Shown here in pieces: positions 1 through 26,312 of a stretch of DNA of 64,000 nt. This DNA is from Schmidtea polychroa (Eukaryota). Position numbers and translations under genes: made by a program. Location of the stretch: NCBI GenBank assembly GCA_044892525.1, contig CM097885.1, positions 12,588,001 through 12,652,000 on the forward strand, given 5' to 3'. Within the stretch, counting starts at the first letter, position 1, and each line of letters begins with the position of its first letter. The notes beneath the pieces were generated by a model. It searched no databases. It was not told the origin of the DNA and saw nothing but the letters and a program-made list of their open reading frames with translations.

Positions 1-469
1 CTAGTATTTATCAGTTCGGGAAATACGGTTCTTACTGATCTTTTTTTATTCTTTTGCGTGTTATAGATAGCGCTTTTAATGTTTTCGATATTTTTGACTG
101 AGAAAATGAGAGACCTGAGTTATAAAGCTTTTCTTGCATGCCTCTCTGTGTCAAGCTTGGATCTTCTTAAATTATTTGATTTAGTTGGATATTTACACTA
201 GAATCCAATGGTTGAGGTTTTGGTCCGTATTTTTTAAGTATAGTATTTAGGCTGCTGCCAGTTTCAACACACACATGTTTTTTTCGAAGTGTTGAACCAA
301 CTGCAGCAATGCTTAAATTGAGGGTCGTGGCAATAAATGCCGTTGTTTGGTTCGCGTCTTTCAACCGTTTAATTGTTGTTATGGCTTCGTTGGTGATTAC
401 CTGGCATTGTTTACGCTTAGACTTGGTTGTATTGTTGTTATTTGTATCAGGATTGGACTCGTTCATCAT
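1..469 (-). mobile_element. Tc1/IS630-type transposase N-terminus (HTH region), in-frame stop, runs off the window
   Basis: ORF 167..517 (IATTLNLSIAAV...KKYGPKP) continues past the stop as EDPSLTQRGMQEKLYNSGLSFSQSKISKTLKALSITRKRIKK, the two-HTH/TRK pattern of Tc1/IS630 transposases. Confidence 0.7.
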
Positions 470-3019
470 GAATTTCAAATCGTTTCTTTCTATTATTTTT
501 AAAATGATCCAAAACAATAAATTAATTCTAAAATCATTTTGATTAATTTATAATTTAGAATAATTACTTTATAATTTTATATAAATGATTTAGAATATTA
601 AATAAATGATTTATAATTATGAATAGTCGCTTTATAATAGGAAATAACCCTGTAATATTAATTATGATTATTATTGTTTATCCTAAATTCAATTCTAAAT
701 AGCACTGTGTGGAAGTTTCTTTCTTCACACTCACCTATTTGTTAATATTGTTATATTGTTATTAGAATCGATTTATCCAATTTTTAAGTATAGTATTGAA
801 AGGTGTTCCTTCGTCTTCTTTGGTCACAGAAATGAATTTAATAACATTTTCATGCCGCATATTTTTTACTGTATTGTTGGGGTTCAGTAGGAACTAGGGA
901 AAAGAGAAAAATAATAGAATGGGATTTTTTGATAATAAATTATAAATAGTAATTAAATATTACTATAATTAGAAAATAGATAATAATAGTATTTTAATAA
1001 GTATATATACATATATTTAGTAAATAAATAATTACCATAAATAGAATTAGTTAATTTAAAATAATATTTATATACCAACGAGAATTTGATTGGGGGGACC
1101 AACAATTGAAACACAAATCGACACACATCATTAGATGATTTAAACAACAAGACACGAAAGCTAGACTCAAAACTCAGAAAAGTGAAATCGATTCAAATTC
1201 AGATTAATTGAGAGTGATCAAAATAAGTCTCTGTTTGAATTTAACGTTGTGAAAATTTGAGAACTAAATTAACTATAACAATTTCGGGTTTAATGGTTAA
1301 TTTCAGAAACATTTAAAATCTTTCTTTGGAAATTTCAGGAAAACAAATCAGTTAGTATATTTTAAATTGATTAACTAAACATTAGGGTTAAGTCGTTAGC
1401 ATACATTTTTGTAGCTGTCTCGTCTTATATTTAATAAAGTATCAACCGATTTCTGGGTTGATATTATCGCGTTGAAATCCGGGTAATCCTTTATCTTGTT
1501 GTTTATACCTATATAGGGCTGTTGGCCATTTAGGGTCAGCATTGATCTATAGAAGTAATCTTTAGGATAGTTTGTATGATCGTTTTTCTATTCTTCTGAG
1601 AACAACCAGTCTTATTGTTATCAAATATCTTTGTAAGATATTTAGTTGGAAAATAAATATTTAAAACATATTTGTTTATTTATATATAAAATTACTTACA
1701 CGTTTTACAATCAGTTTAGTGGAGTGAGATTTAAGATTTTGTTATTTCGAGTACCTACCAATCGAACCTAACAGTATTTCTCTCATTACCTTCTATTCTA
1801 AGAATTCAGAGGAATTTAGGAATATATATTTCCTCGATTCTAGAGCAAATATTACAACGTAAACAAAGCTGAATTATTTCTTGCAACTTTGATCAGTGGG
1901 AAATCTTTCTATTGTTGGTGTTTACGGGAAAAGAGAAGAAAACTGAAAAGCTAGGTTAGAACATTTCAACGAATTTAATTTAACAATAAACTAAATGCGA
2001 CTTTATAAAATAAATAGCCAGATAATACGAACAACTATAATATAATTCGTTAACGTAATTGCCGATGATTCGACAGAAAAAATTAATCACATCCTCTCGT
2101 AATTTTCGAACTCTTTGAGGTAGACCACGATGGCTTGGAGATTCAGTAAATAACGAAACGAAGAGATAGGAGAAAATGGACACCTCTACGGTAGCCCATG
2201 AACTCAGCGGTTCGTCAGATCATTACCAGCCATTTTGGTAGGCCTCCAATTTTTCTGACAGCCAACTGCTAAATAGCAACTGCTAGAACGTCACTTGCGA
2301 CGATGTTTAGTGGACGATTAAAATAATAATGTACGTTTGTGAGGAAATGCGAATACAATGAGAGGATAAAAATTTGGAAGTAAAAGATTTTCCACACACG
2401 TAACCCATCAATATTATTATTATTTATTAAACAGGTAATGTTTAGAACTGAAACCGCTTTTAACAATGTTATTGGTTTTTTTTAACAATATTTTTAACCA
2501 ATTAATTTTGGGTCAAGCAAATTTTTTTAATTCATTTAATTTTAAATATCAATAAAAAATTAGATATATAGTTTATAGGAATAACAGTCCATTTATCGAC
2601 ATCATTTAACTAATATGAGAACAATACGTGCATAGACATTAAGTAAACAAAACATTAAGAACAATAAAACGTTATTTTTAACATCCAAATTAAATTTATT
2701 AAAATGAAACGAACAACCAATATATCAAACACTATCTACACCAACTAGCTGAGTACTGCCAATGTATGGGAGTTAAGCATATACAAATGACTTGGCTGAT
2801 TGTTTTCGAAAGTCTTTATAAGTGTATTTTTTTAATATAATTATTATTTCTGTATATTTTTACTGTATTTTGTTTCTTTAGTAATATTATCTTTTAAATT
2901 TATTATTTAAAAGTAAATTATAAATTATATTTTAAATACTAATATATTCGTGAACAAAAGTTTTGTTAATTGTGTTTAAATTAATTAACTGTCACTTAAC
3001 TTTTTAATGAATAAATGAA

Positions 3020-15348
<12,329 letters not shown>

Positions 15349-16747
15349 TTTTCATTCGATATTTGAATTGATTATTTTGTGTAGTTATTCAATAAATTTT
15401 TTTATTGATTTCTAATTTGTATTGAATTTTAATTATTTGATAAATGACCTTGAATTTTTTATGAGTTTTGATGGGATTTTTAAGTTTTGTTTAAATATAA
15501 AGAATTGGCATGAATTTAAAAATTAGCGGGATTTTTGAAAATTTTTATTTATATAAAAATTTGGCAGAAGTTTTTTAAATAAGATGGCTGTATTGTTGTG
15601 TTAATTTTTTATTTGTAATTAGGATTTGTAATTGTTATTTTTATTATTGTTGTGTATGTTTTATAAAAAACTATATAGGGTAATTCTCTATAGTAAATTA
15701 TTAAAAAATAATCGAAAATTACAAAATAAAAAATAAATAAAAAGAAACTGCTCACTCTCAACTGCAAACCATTTAACTAAAATCAGATATTAAAGGAGAT
15801 TTTCATTCAATTTGATTTCGGGGAAACTTTGAAGGTATATACCTTTTCTCTAAATAAACGTTGTAAAAGTTAAACTAGTTTTTTATACTTTGTGTTAGTT
15901 TAATATTTATTTTAATTATCATCTCTATACAAAAAAATCAACCCCAGCTGTCCTGAGACAGTATTTTTAAAGGAGACTCGGCTGGGCTCTACAAACTTTC
16001 TTATTACAAAGGAATACAATCACCACAAATGATAATAATCAAAAACCACAATAACAGTGGCCATATATTTTTAACCCTAAAGTAGTACAAAATATGGAAA
16101 AGTGTTGGTTAAATAAGCTACAAAAATTTTTTAAGTAAGAAAAAAATTAATTTTTATAAAGATATTTCATTTGAATGAATTTTTTTCAATAATGTATTTT
16201 TTTATTTTGAAACATTACAAAATTCTTCACGTATGTATTGGAGATTCGCCTTTCTTGAAATCACTCCTGATAAAGTTTTTATGTTTAATATCGATTTCTC
16301 CCCTCCAAAAATCATAAATATTTGTAAACATTCTTTCTGCTGTCGCATTAGAACCCCGTAAGCACATTACATATTCAAAAGTAGTTTCAAATTTTTTATG
16401 CTTATTTTAAAAATCTTTGTTTATCTCTATCAAACGAAATGTAAATTTTATTCTATATTTTTATTCAATTCATATAATTTTCCTATGAAACAATACATGT
16501 TTACTCATCTAACTTCATCCAAGAGTTCATTGTCATCAACAGCAAATTTTTTTTTTATTTTCTACCACATAATAAACCCCTTTCAAAATCTATTTCTAAT
16601 CCAATTTATATTTTCTGTATCTCATCATTCTTTATGAAAATCCATATAATCAAAGCTATAATAATGAATTTTCATAATATTATCCAAAAAGAGTTCATAA
16701 CTTGAGAAAAGCAGTATTTAAGGAGTATATAAAAATAATGGCAGTTC

Positions 16748-17265
16748 CAACAGCGTCTTTAGAAATTTGTCGCCCCTGTGCTATAAACTATAATGCGTCC
16801 CTAAAAAAATTTTTACAAAAATATATTGTTTATTAATAATATTACACATTATTGCATATACATATATTAATATTATATATTACATCATTTTATTTCAATG
16901 ACTAGGATAACAAACGAACAAAAAAAACAATAAAAAAATAATATTAAATTAACATTAGCTTACAAAAATTCAACAGTCTAATGTTTTCTTTAAACAAAAA
17001 AATTAAAAAAAAAATAAATTTCTTTCAAATATAAATATCAAAATATAACATTAAATAGAATTAATATGTATAATGAAGAAAAGCGATTACAATATTTTTT
17101 TCTTTCTAGATTTGTCTTGCAAAACTATCAACTATTTCTTCACAGTTTATAATTTTGTTTATAATTTTTCAATTTTTTTTTCAATTTTATAAAATTTACG
17201 GCGCCCCTTCACTCACGGCTCCCCCTGTGCTTAGCACAGTTAGCACAATGGAAGAGACGGCGCTG
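16748..17265. mobile_element. hAT-type MITE, degenerate
   Basis: Ends CAACAGCGTCTT / GAGACGGCGCTG; flanks GGCAGTTC and GGCAGTAC (7/8 TSD); subterminal CCCCTGTGC/GCGCCCC motifs. Confidence 0.6.
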
Positions 17266-17655
17266 GGCAGTACCGACAATAAAAAAAGACTGTAATTCCG
17301 AAAGTAACACGCCTGGGCACCTTATTTAACTAAAATATTGTCGAGAATTTTTAAATTTGTTTTAGTTTAAATAGTAATGGCAAAAATTTAAAATAAGTTT
17401 TAAAAAAATCTGAGCAGAGATTTGTAATGTTGTGATTTTTGTATTTATTCTTGTTTAAATGAAGTTTGGTGCCGATCCATTGTTAGCGATATTTCACATA
17501 TCTATTAATTATAACTTTTTGTTTTCAAAATGCAGTAAAAATTAAATTCTACAATTCATTTGAAATAAAATCATGCCAATCATTCTTTTCGCTGATTAGC
17601 AGGTATTATGAATGTTAACTTGTAACCTGAATGACAAGGTGTAGGGATGTCAATG

Positions 17656-18334
17656 AAGAGGCGTAGCTATGATGTTTTGCGCCCGGGAGCAAACTATAAG
17701 GAAAAACAATTTTAATTTTAATGAATCATTGTATTGAATCAAGGTTATAGAAATTATATTACATTGCCCATTCATTTATTGTCGTAAATGGTTTACATAT
17801 TCTAGAAAATATTTATTTTTCTTGACTACACAGTCGAAAACTGGTCAATCACAAAATCAAAATCTGTTTTCCTTATGTTTCCCTTTCAACGCTAAGAAGA
17901 GCGAGATTGCTGAGACGATCATGCCCCATTGAAGCACGCAAAAACGACAAAATAAGTTTCAGTTGGCTAAACGACCGCTCGCATCTTGCAATTGAAACTG
18001 CTATTGTTAACAAAATTTGCAGTGAAATTCGCAGATTCGGGAATACGTCGTCTCAATAAATTAAATAAACCCAAGAAGACCCAAATGAGTTTTCGGTAGA
18101 GCTTCATTCCGGTTATTGAGCAACATTCTGCAATCTCCAATAATAAAAACATAATAAAGAAATTGGTAAAAATCGTAATTGAAATAATATTCATATTTAC
18201 CAAAATAGTTTTATTCCAGATTATCATTGTTGATTTATTATCCTTGTTCGCTTATTATAATTTACCGTTAATGCCTCATTTAGGCGCCCGGGGACACATG
18301 TCCCTTACTGCCCCCTCCCCTAGCTACGCCTCTG
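17656..18334. mobile_element. hAT-type MITE
   Basis: TIR AGAGGCGTAGCTA / TAGCTACGCCTCTG; perfect 8-bp TSD TGTCAATG (17648-17655, 18335-18342). Confidence 0.85.
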
Positions 18335-19113
18335 TGTCAATGCCGCCTTAAAGAAATTTTAGCAGACCGCCTTGTTGACACTTTTGTGGAAGTTACCAAG
18401 TTTGTCACAAATTCACTTTTATTTTATTTTCTGGTTGATCTTGGAGGAGTTCCTTCTTTAGCGTCATATTCAATATTCATATTAGATTTTTACATCATTA
18501 AAATGTTCTGTTAAGATTTATTAAACAAAAAGAGTTAATCACAAATTCTCTCACTCAATTTCATATTATAAGCTCCCCTGAATTCATTAAAATGATTATT
18601 TTATTATTCAACTAAGCAGATGGCACTTTCAATAGATAATAATTTATAATCAAAGCAAATAATTTTTATTAGAAAATTATTATTTATTTATTCACTACGA
18701 AATATTAAATAATTTTTTAAGCTTTATTTCACTAAATATTTATTTAAGCCATTTCCAGACCCTTCATACCTCTTATTACGAATCCCTCTCAATATTGGCG
18801 CATCAAATAAGAGTAAAAAGAGGCCATTGCGTCAATGAAATAACTCAAAAAATATCTCATTTAAACAAAAAACCCAACAACTTTCATATTTAATCCCATT
18901 TTAATGATGGCAACGTAATTGATAAATAAAAATTAAGCAGTTATTTTAAAATCTAAAACACTTATATTAAAATTTAATTTTAAAAATTTTAAATTATTTA
19001 AATCGTTTACTTATGATTTTAAGTAATATTTAAAAGTTTTTATTTGAATATAAATTTGGTTTTCTTTGACCAAACATTTAAATTAAATTTTTTTGGTAGA
19101 TGTCAGTTATTTT

Positions 19114-19480
19114 GGTACTTGCGTGTTATCTTACCCCCAAAAAGTAAATTAAAAAAGAACACATATAATTATTATATTTATTTTCTAAATCACAGTTACA
19201 AACTCAGCAAATGTTTGTAAAGAGTTTGTAAATGGTGATCCAGGTGGCCAGAAAACCACAATGTCGTTGAGAATAGTGTCGAACACATCGGCACTGTTGA
19301 TTAGAACACGTTTGCGCCACATAAACTCACATAATCACATAAATCACAGATAGCCTTAATAAATTCATGTTCAATAATGTTCAATAACGTCATCAATAAT
19401 GTATTCTCTCATTTTTTATTTTGTTATTTTAATTGTATTTTATAATTTAATTTTTGGGGGTAAGATAACACTGAAGTACC
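19114..19480. mobile_element. Merlin-like MITE, copy 2 (inverted relative to copy 1)
   Basis: Near-identical reverse complement of 11802-12166; no matching TSD; abuts the polymerase relic. Confidence 0.85.
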
Positions 19481-22070
19481 GGAATATATGTAAAGAGTAA
19501 TTATCCAGAATTGATTGAATCAAAATATTTCAAGTATTATGGAGAGCATGCTGTTAAATAATTTGCTAAATTTATTAATAAGATGAATAAGAAATTAGGG
19601 AAAATATTAAAAACTAATTATCCAATAAATATTTCTACACATGATGATGTTTCTATATTATATAATGGCGCATCTAGAGGTTATTATTGTAAAAAAGAAT
19701 TCTCTGGAGAAGAAAATCCGAAAGTTTTGGATCATGATCATTTTAAACAAGAAAATAATTATAGAGGTGTGGCTCATAATTCATGTAACATGCAAGCTAA
19801 ACCTATCACTTTCATCCCAATTTATTTTCATAATGCTAGTGAATATGATAACCATTTAATATTCAGAGAGTTGGCTCCGAAAATTAGAAAGGTTTTGACA
19901 AGTAAAGATGAAAATTATATATCATTCAATGTTGGAGTTTGTAGATTTCTAGGCTCGTATAGAATGATGGCTTTTGGATGAGACTATTCAGCTTCACTTT
20001 TAAAACCTGAAGAATGTAAAGTGTATAGTGAATATTATAGAAATATCCCAGTATGAAAAGGGATATATCCTTATGCATACATCTCTGGGAGTTAGTTTAG
20101 AGATGTTGATGACAAAATGAGCGAGGAAGAATTACCAAATATTAGAGAATTCTATTCACATTTGAAACAATCTAATATTTCCACCCAAGATTATAATTAT
20201 GCTCAAGAACCTTGGGAATTATTATTAAATTGTAGAACTATGAAAGATTACACCATGAATTATTTAAGGATGGATGATGCATGTCTCTTGGTTGATGTAT
20301 TATGAAATTGATCCATGTTATTGTTATTCATCTCCTGGATTGACACGGTTGGCAGGATTGAAACATACTAAAGGAAAATTAAAATATTTTAAACATGAGG
20401 CTTTTGATCAATTATTATTTATAGGAATTGGAGTGAGAGGAGGAGCCTCTGGAGCATATGGATCAGAGAATGAATTCAATGATGAAAAAACTAAATTCTG
20501 GAAAAATTTAGGATTACATAATTTGATTGCTGAACCAAATAATTATTTATATTATTTTGATGCAAATTCTTTCTATCCAACAGCAATGATTGAAGGGTTG
20601 CCAGCTGGAGAAATGAAATGGTGTAGAGACTTGAGTTGGCAACCTTCAGAGAATTCTGTAGAAGGGTTTATTTACAAAGTAGATTTAAAATATCCAAATA
20701 GTATAAAAGACAAAACTAAATATTTCCTTTTTTGTCCTGAGAAAATAAAAGTACCCCATCAATGGTTATCTCCTTGGGAAATTTAAAATAATTTGAATGG
20801 ATACAAGACAACTGAAAAATTAATTCAAACTCACCTTGATAAAGAGAATTATGCTGTGGAAGGAAGGATGTTGGATTGGTATTTGAAAACTGGAATGGTT
20901 TTGGAAAAGGTTCATTCAAAATTAATGTATAAAAAATCAAAATGGTTGAAATCTTATATAGAGTTTAATATAAAAAAGAGATTTGAGGCTAAAAGGAAAC
21001 AAGATAAATTTGGAGATTTCTTTTATAAATTATTAAATAATTCATTTTATGGCAAGCCTTTGGAGAATGTTAGAAACCGTCAGAATATTGAAATTGTAAA
21101 TAATAAAGAGAGGTTTCTTGTTTTGTCTGCAAAGACTGGATTTAAAAGAATGAAAATATTTTCAGAGGATTTTGCTGCAGTTCATTTTAAAAAGAGTGTT
21201 ATAAAATTTGATAAATTTAATTATGTAGGGTTTATAATTTTAGAATTATCAACAACGTCGAATTCATGTTCAATCTCCATAATTAATAAATTAAACAAAT
21301 AAAATTATTAAATTTATTTTATTCACAAAACTGCGCTTTTTTGTAATATTCAAACAATCTGTTCGAGGCTTTTTTATTATTTTAATTTTGTTGCTGATTT
21401 CAATGCTGGTTTAATTTATTTTAATATTTAATATATTTTAATTTATTTTTATATTTTAAACTTACTTTAAGTTATTAATTTAAATATTTATATAAAAATT
21501 TATGTAATCTGACAAATACAATTTAAATGTTTATTAGCAATATTCAGTTTTAACTTAAACGTGAATTCTACCCTTTCAGTTGGTAATATACAAATCTATA
21601 TATGATATTCTCTACAAAACTTATAGAAAAGATTTAAGATACATTTTGGGGATACAGATTCAATAATTTTAGAATTGATAAATAATGAATCTATAGATAA
21701 AATAAAAGATTATATTCATGACACAAAGTTTGGATATTTTAAGGATGAAATGGGTGAAAGGAAAAAGATAACCAGATTTTGTGGTTTAAAATCTAAAATG
21801 TATTTCTTGGATATTTTAGATTTGGAAAGGAATACGAATAAATATACAACAAATATACAAGTATACAACAAATATTAATTTTGATACAGCTGTAGATTGT
21901 CTTTTAGGAAAACCTCAAGCTAATGTAAAAGATTGGAAAATAAGATCTGATAAACACCATATAATGTTAAGAGAAGAAACACGTAAAGGTTTGAATAATT
22001 ATGATGATAAGAGATATATTTTAAATAATGGAATTACAACATTACCTTATGGAAATAATAAGATTAAACT
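19481..22070 (+). pseudogene. Polinton/adintovirus-type protein-primed DNA polymerase B, many frameshifts, AT-rich insertion ~21255-21590
   Basis: DHDH..YRGVAHNSCN, FHNASEYDNH, YFDANSFYPTAM, KLLNNSFYGK, GDTDS (~21650), FCGLKSKMY, YDDKRYIL..TLPYG in colinear order. Confidence 0.92.
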
Positions 22071-22501
22071 TGTAAATAACGTTAGAATTCGTCATTGTTA
22101 AATATATTTTTATAAAAAACTTAAATAATTCTGGAAGTTTAGGTCACCTCCTATTTTAGTTCTTTCATGTTTTGCTTTATGAGATTTGGAAATGCTTTTG
22201 TTACATGTTTCACAGAAATATTTGCATCACATTTTATAGATTAAAATGTTAAAAATATTAAAAAAAAATAAATTTCATTGGCTTATAAATTCTATTTTTT
22301 TAATATTTTCAATTTTTATAATTTTTAATTTTTTTTAATTAGAATATTTTTTTAATTTGAATATTCAACTAACATGTCATGAAATTGTTGATTAGATTAT
22401 TTATAGTTACTTAAATAATTCTATGCGTTAATATTTCGATAATTATATTCATGTATACGTAAATACAGAAATAGATTAAAATTTTTATATTTAATAAACT
22501 A

Positions 22502-22699
22502 TAGTAGCGGTGAAATGAGCGCTGTAAGGCAGCGCGCCTACGTTTTGCTGGTTGCACAAGTTCAATATCTTTCTAATTTGAAGTTTCAAACCAACATGTT
22601 GTAGAAATTGTTGGTTATTTCGATGATGTAAATGTATGTATACTTGCATTTTGCTGTGAGTCGGTGCGTTGGCTTACAACGCTCATTTCACCACTACTA
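22502..22699. repeat. 198-bp element with ~40-bp imperfect terminal inverted repeats
   Basis: TAGTAGCGGTGAAATGAGCGCTGTAAGGCAGCGC versus reverse complement TAGTAGTGGTGAAATGAGCGTTGTAAGCCAACGC. Confidence 0.75.
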
Positions 22700-23120
22700 A
22701 GGTATCTAAGGTATATATTTTTTAAATGGAAATATAAATAATCATGCATTTAAGGGTTAAGCCTAAAGTTAACATGATCTAGAATTCGATAAAATCGTTT
22801 CGTTATGGGATAATAAGTATAACTTTGACTTGAATTCCAATATAACTTTAACGAGACATATTAAGTAAGACGGGAGTTACTACCAACCGGTGGATAGCGA
22901 GCGAACTTAGAAGTTAACCGGAATGAGTTACAGTACGCTGAGGGATAAAAGAAGAAATATCTAACCCCACCTAAACCCATGAAAGATTGATCATGTGTAT
23001 GATTGATGTTTAGTGAGATAGATTATTTTCTTTATATAATTTATAGAAGATGCAAAAGAAAAACGCAATATCAGGCATCTAATGAGAATGATTTTTTCTT
23101 AATTTGAATTAAATCTTTCT

Positions 23121-23655
23121 AACTTCTTTTAAAAGTTTTTGTCGAAATTCCACATCTTCTTCTTCATTCTACCATTACTTGGATATAAAGAAGATTTTCA
23201 GTCTCAATATTGGATTTTCATTTAATTCCCAATACTTTAATTCGTCTTCGCTTCGATATCCCAAACTGTTCTCACTGGATACATGATTTCTCACTCTTAA
23301 CAGAAGAATGGCTTTCATCGAGACTTAAATTCTTGTGCAAAAAGACAGCCTAAAAATCTTTTTCATATTGACATAATTATTCGACCAAAAGTTTTGAGAA
23401 CCAAATAAATATTAATATTTCTTTTATATTTATTTAACACTTTAAGCTCGGAATAAAATTTTATAAAAGTCAGGAAATATGTCAATAATCCGTCAAAATG
23501 AAAGTTAAAGATATTATTGTGATTTGAAGATTTGAAACACGTGTAGAATAACCAAGTGAACATAATACATTCAGTATATATTAAAAAAAATATTTTCCCG
23601 AAGTACAAACTAACGTCTATTCAATAGTATTCGGATTTATCCGCATCTCACATCT
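23121..23655 (-). pseudogene. Decayed, diverged BCKDHA-like paralogue (exon-7-like segment clear, exon-5-like segment weak)
   Basis: HVSSENSLGYRSEDELKYWELNENPILRLK (starting at 23285) aligns with [33 protein letters not shown] and STRV remnants at ~23520-23655; stops present. Confidence 0.65.
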
Positions 23656-24845
23656 ATAGTGTAAAACAAATAATTAAAAAAAAATAATTCACTTCATTGA
23701 AACAAAAATTTAAATTAATTCACTTATTTAAAAAAATAAAATAATTGAACTCCCACAGAACATTTTCGAGGGATGCCTCAAGCCAAATATGTGACGGGCC
23801 ATACTCCTTATTACACACTAGTAACATTTTAAACATTTATAACATCTGAAGTCTCAAATTAAAATTTACTTGAATTTAAACTTGACGAGGAATTTGATAA
23901 AACATCAGCTGATGATAAAAAAATCAAGGTGATTTTATTATATTTGAATTTTTATTATTACATTTTATTATTTTTATTATTATGTATTGTTGGGAATGTG
24001 ATGAAGATTTCAAAAAATTCCTAAAGGTGTCAATTTGGTTGCTACCTATCTGTAATGATAATGATAATTTGGCTGGCCTTCAAGGGATTCTATCAAATGC
24101 ATTTTCACCTTCAATTATAAGAAATGCTCAGTTGAAATATTATTATAATAAATTCAAATAAATGATCTGATAGAAACCTAACATGGCCGCCATAATATCT
24201 GATCCGCATTGATATAATAGATCAGATAATGACAGCAATTGTGAGATACCTGATGATGTGTGTTGCATGCTCATTATGACTGCTGTTCAATAAATAATTC
24301 AATTTCATATCAATATAATGCTAATTTTCATTGATTTTCTCATTGATTTCTGGCGGCAATTCCGATATTATTGATATTTGAGGGAAATTGGTTGAGAAAT
24401 ATAAAATAGCAATTGAAATATGAATTTGTAAACAAAGCAGCGTAACAATTTGGGGGAAATTAAAATGCAAAAATTTCACTTATTGGAAAGAAAATAAAAA
24501 TTAAAAATGTTTCCAAATAGAAAATAAATATTTTGAATATAAAATGAAAAAGTAAAAATTTCAAAATATTTCAATTCAAAATCACGAGCAACAATAAAAA
24601 TTGATTCAAAATAGATCAATAAATGGATCTGCAGTGCTCATTAAATGCTGACCCAATTTGATCCAATCAGCATTAAATGAGGTTACAGCTGATCCACAGC
24701 ATCAATAATGTTGCAATCAGTTTATAATTGGGCAAATGCATCAATAACTGATCCAGACAAATTGATCCACCAGCACAAGGCAAATAATAAATCAGATCAA
24801 AAGCCAAAATAAATCAATTTTTTATTGAAATGTTTTTCTAATTTT

Positions 24846-26312
24846 TCATAATTTTTCAATTCTGCACCTGAGCAGCAATTTATCCCTTTTGGCTGCTAAT
24901 TCATTGATTGAGAGCTCACCATATTGATAAAGGCAAATTGGATTATTTCTGTCATCTGACGGTTTCCTCCATTTGGCATCACGAGGGCGATCTGAATATT
25001 TTATTGACCTGCTCTTATAAATGTTGCCATTTGCTGGATCGATCACATCGATTGTCACGGATTGATTGAACGGCCAATCCAATTGCTCATCATTTGCCCC
25101 GCGCATCAAACAGAAACCAACCATCACCCAATCACCCCCAATCCACATCCTCAAGCACATTTTGTAACCGATTGGCCCAGAATAAAATGCCTCGCTGTAA
25201 ATATTTTCACCTCTCTTTTGTTGTGAAAATTTATCGATTTCCCATTCAAAAAATCCGTAATTTATATATTTTTCATTTGCTAATTTTGTTTCATTTTGCC
25301 GACTTTCAATGGCGCATTTCGCCATTTCAAGCTGCAACTGAATCTCAAATTCAAACATTTCAAATAATCAATAAATTACCTTTTCATTCTCCTGTTGCAG
25401 CCGCTGCTCGCATTTCTCTTTCATCTCATCAATTTGCTGTTGATATTTTGATTCAATCACCTCAATTTGCTGTCTGATCTGCTTTGCATCAATAATAAAT
25501 CAATAACAAATCAAACCAATATACAAACTTGATTGATTGATGCAATATTTGTCTCCATCTCCATTCTCAATGAGCGATTCTCATTCTTCAATGCCACCAT
25601 TTCCTCATTCAATTCTTCTATTTCCTCTTTGTTCTCCGCCTCTTTCCTTTCAATATTGCATAATTTCAGCTACAATCACAAAATATCAATAAAATTAATT
25701 ACAAATAAAATTTACATTGAAATTATCAAATTGTTGTTTGAATTGCGACATTTCTCCTTTCAATCCGATAATTTCGTCACGCAATCTCACATTCTCCTCT
25801 CTCATTGATTGCATTTCATTGCATAAATTACTGATCTGATCGATCAATAATTGGCTATGGGCTTCATTGTTCTCATTGATATGGACTTTCATTTCGTCCT
25901 TCTCCACCTCATTCATTTCGCATCCAATTCTATTAAACGGACATCTGATTGGCTGCTTGTTGCATGTTCTCATGTGGCTCTCCATCATGCACAACTCGGT
26001 TTTCAATTCACAATTTTGCATTGGGCATTTTACAATAACTTCAGATATTTTGAAATTGGCTACATGATCCACAGAAACATCTTTAGTGAAAAGAATCGTT
26101 TGAACTTGACAATATTTTGCTGCTCCTGGACAGAATTTATCTTTTCCATCCAAATAATGCTCAATGCAATCAGAACAAAAGCGACAACCGCAAGGAGCAT
26201 TGCAAGCTTTTATCATTAAACATTTGCAAATTCTGCATATCAATTCACTGCTAATTTCATTATCAAATTCAAATTTATTTCTCTTCATCATTTCCCATAC
26301 GCTTGCAAACAT
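24846..26312 (-). CDS. TRAF-family protein (RING, TRAF zinc finger, coiled coil, MATH); exons 26312-25716, 25669-25529, ~25480-25380, ~25340-24846
   Basis: CRICKCL..APCGCRFCSDCI..CP RING; CPMQNC..H...C..CPFNRIGC; MATH motifs YSEAFY..GYKMCLR, LMRGANDEQLDWPF; GT-AG introns keep the frame. Confidence 0.9.

Noticed and set aside
1400..2460. GC-richer, coding-looking sequence upstream of BCKDHA
   Set aside because: The frames I translated contain stops and no family could be recognised.
19481..22070. Polymerase relic as the missing pPolB of Polinton 1 or 2
   Set aside because: Much more decayed, separated by a host gene, and outside the TSD-defined boundary; treated as an older separate insertion.
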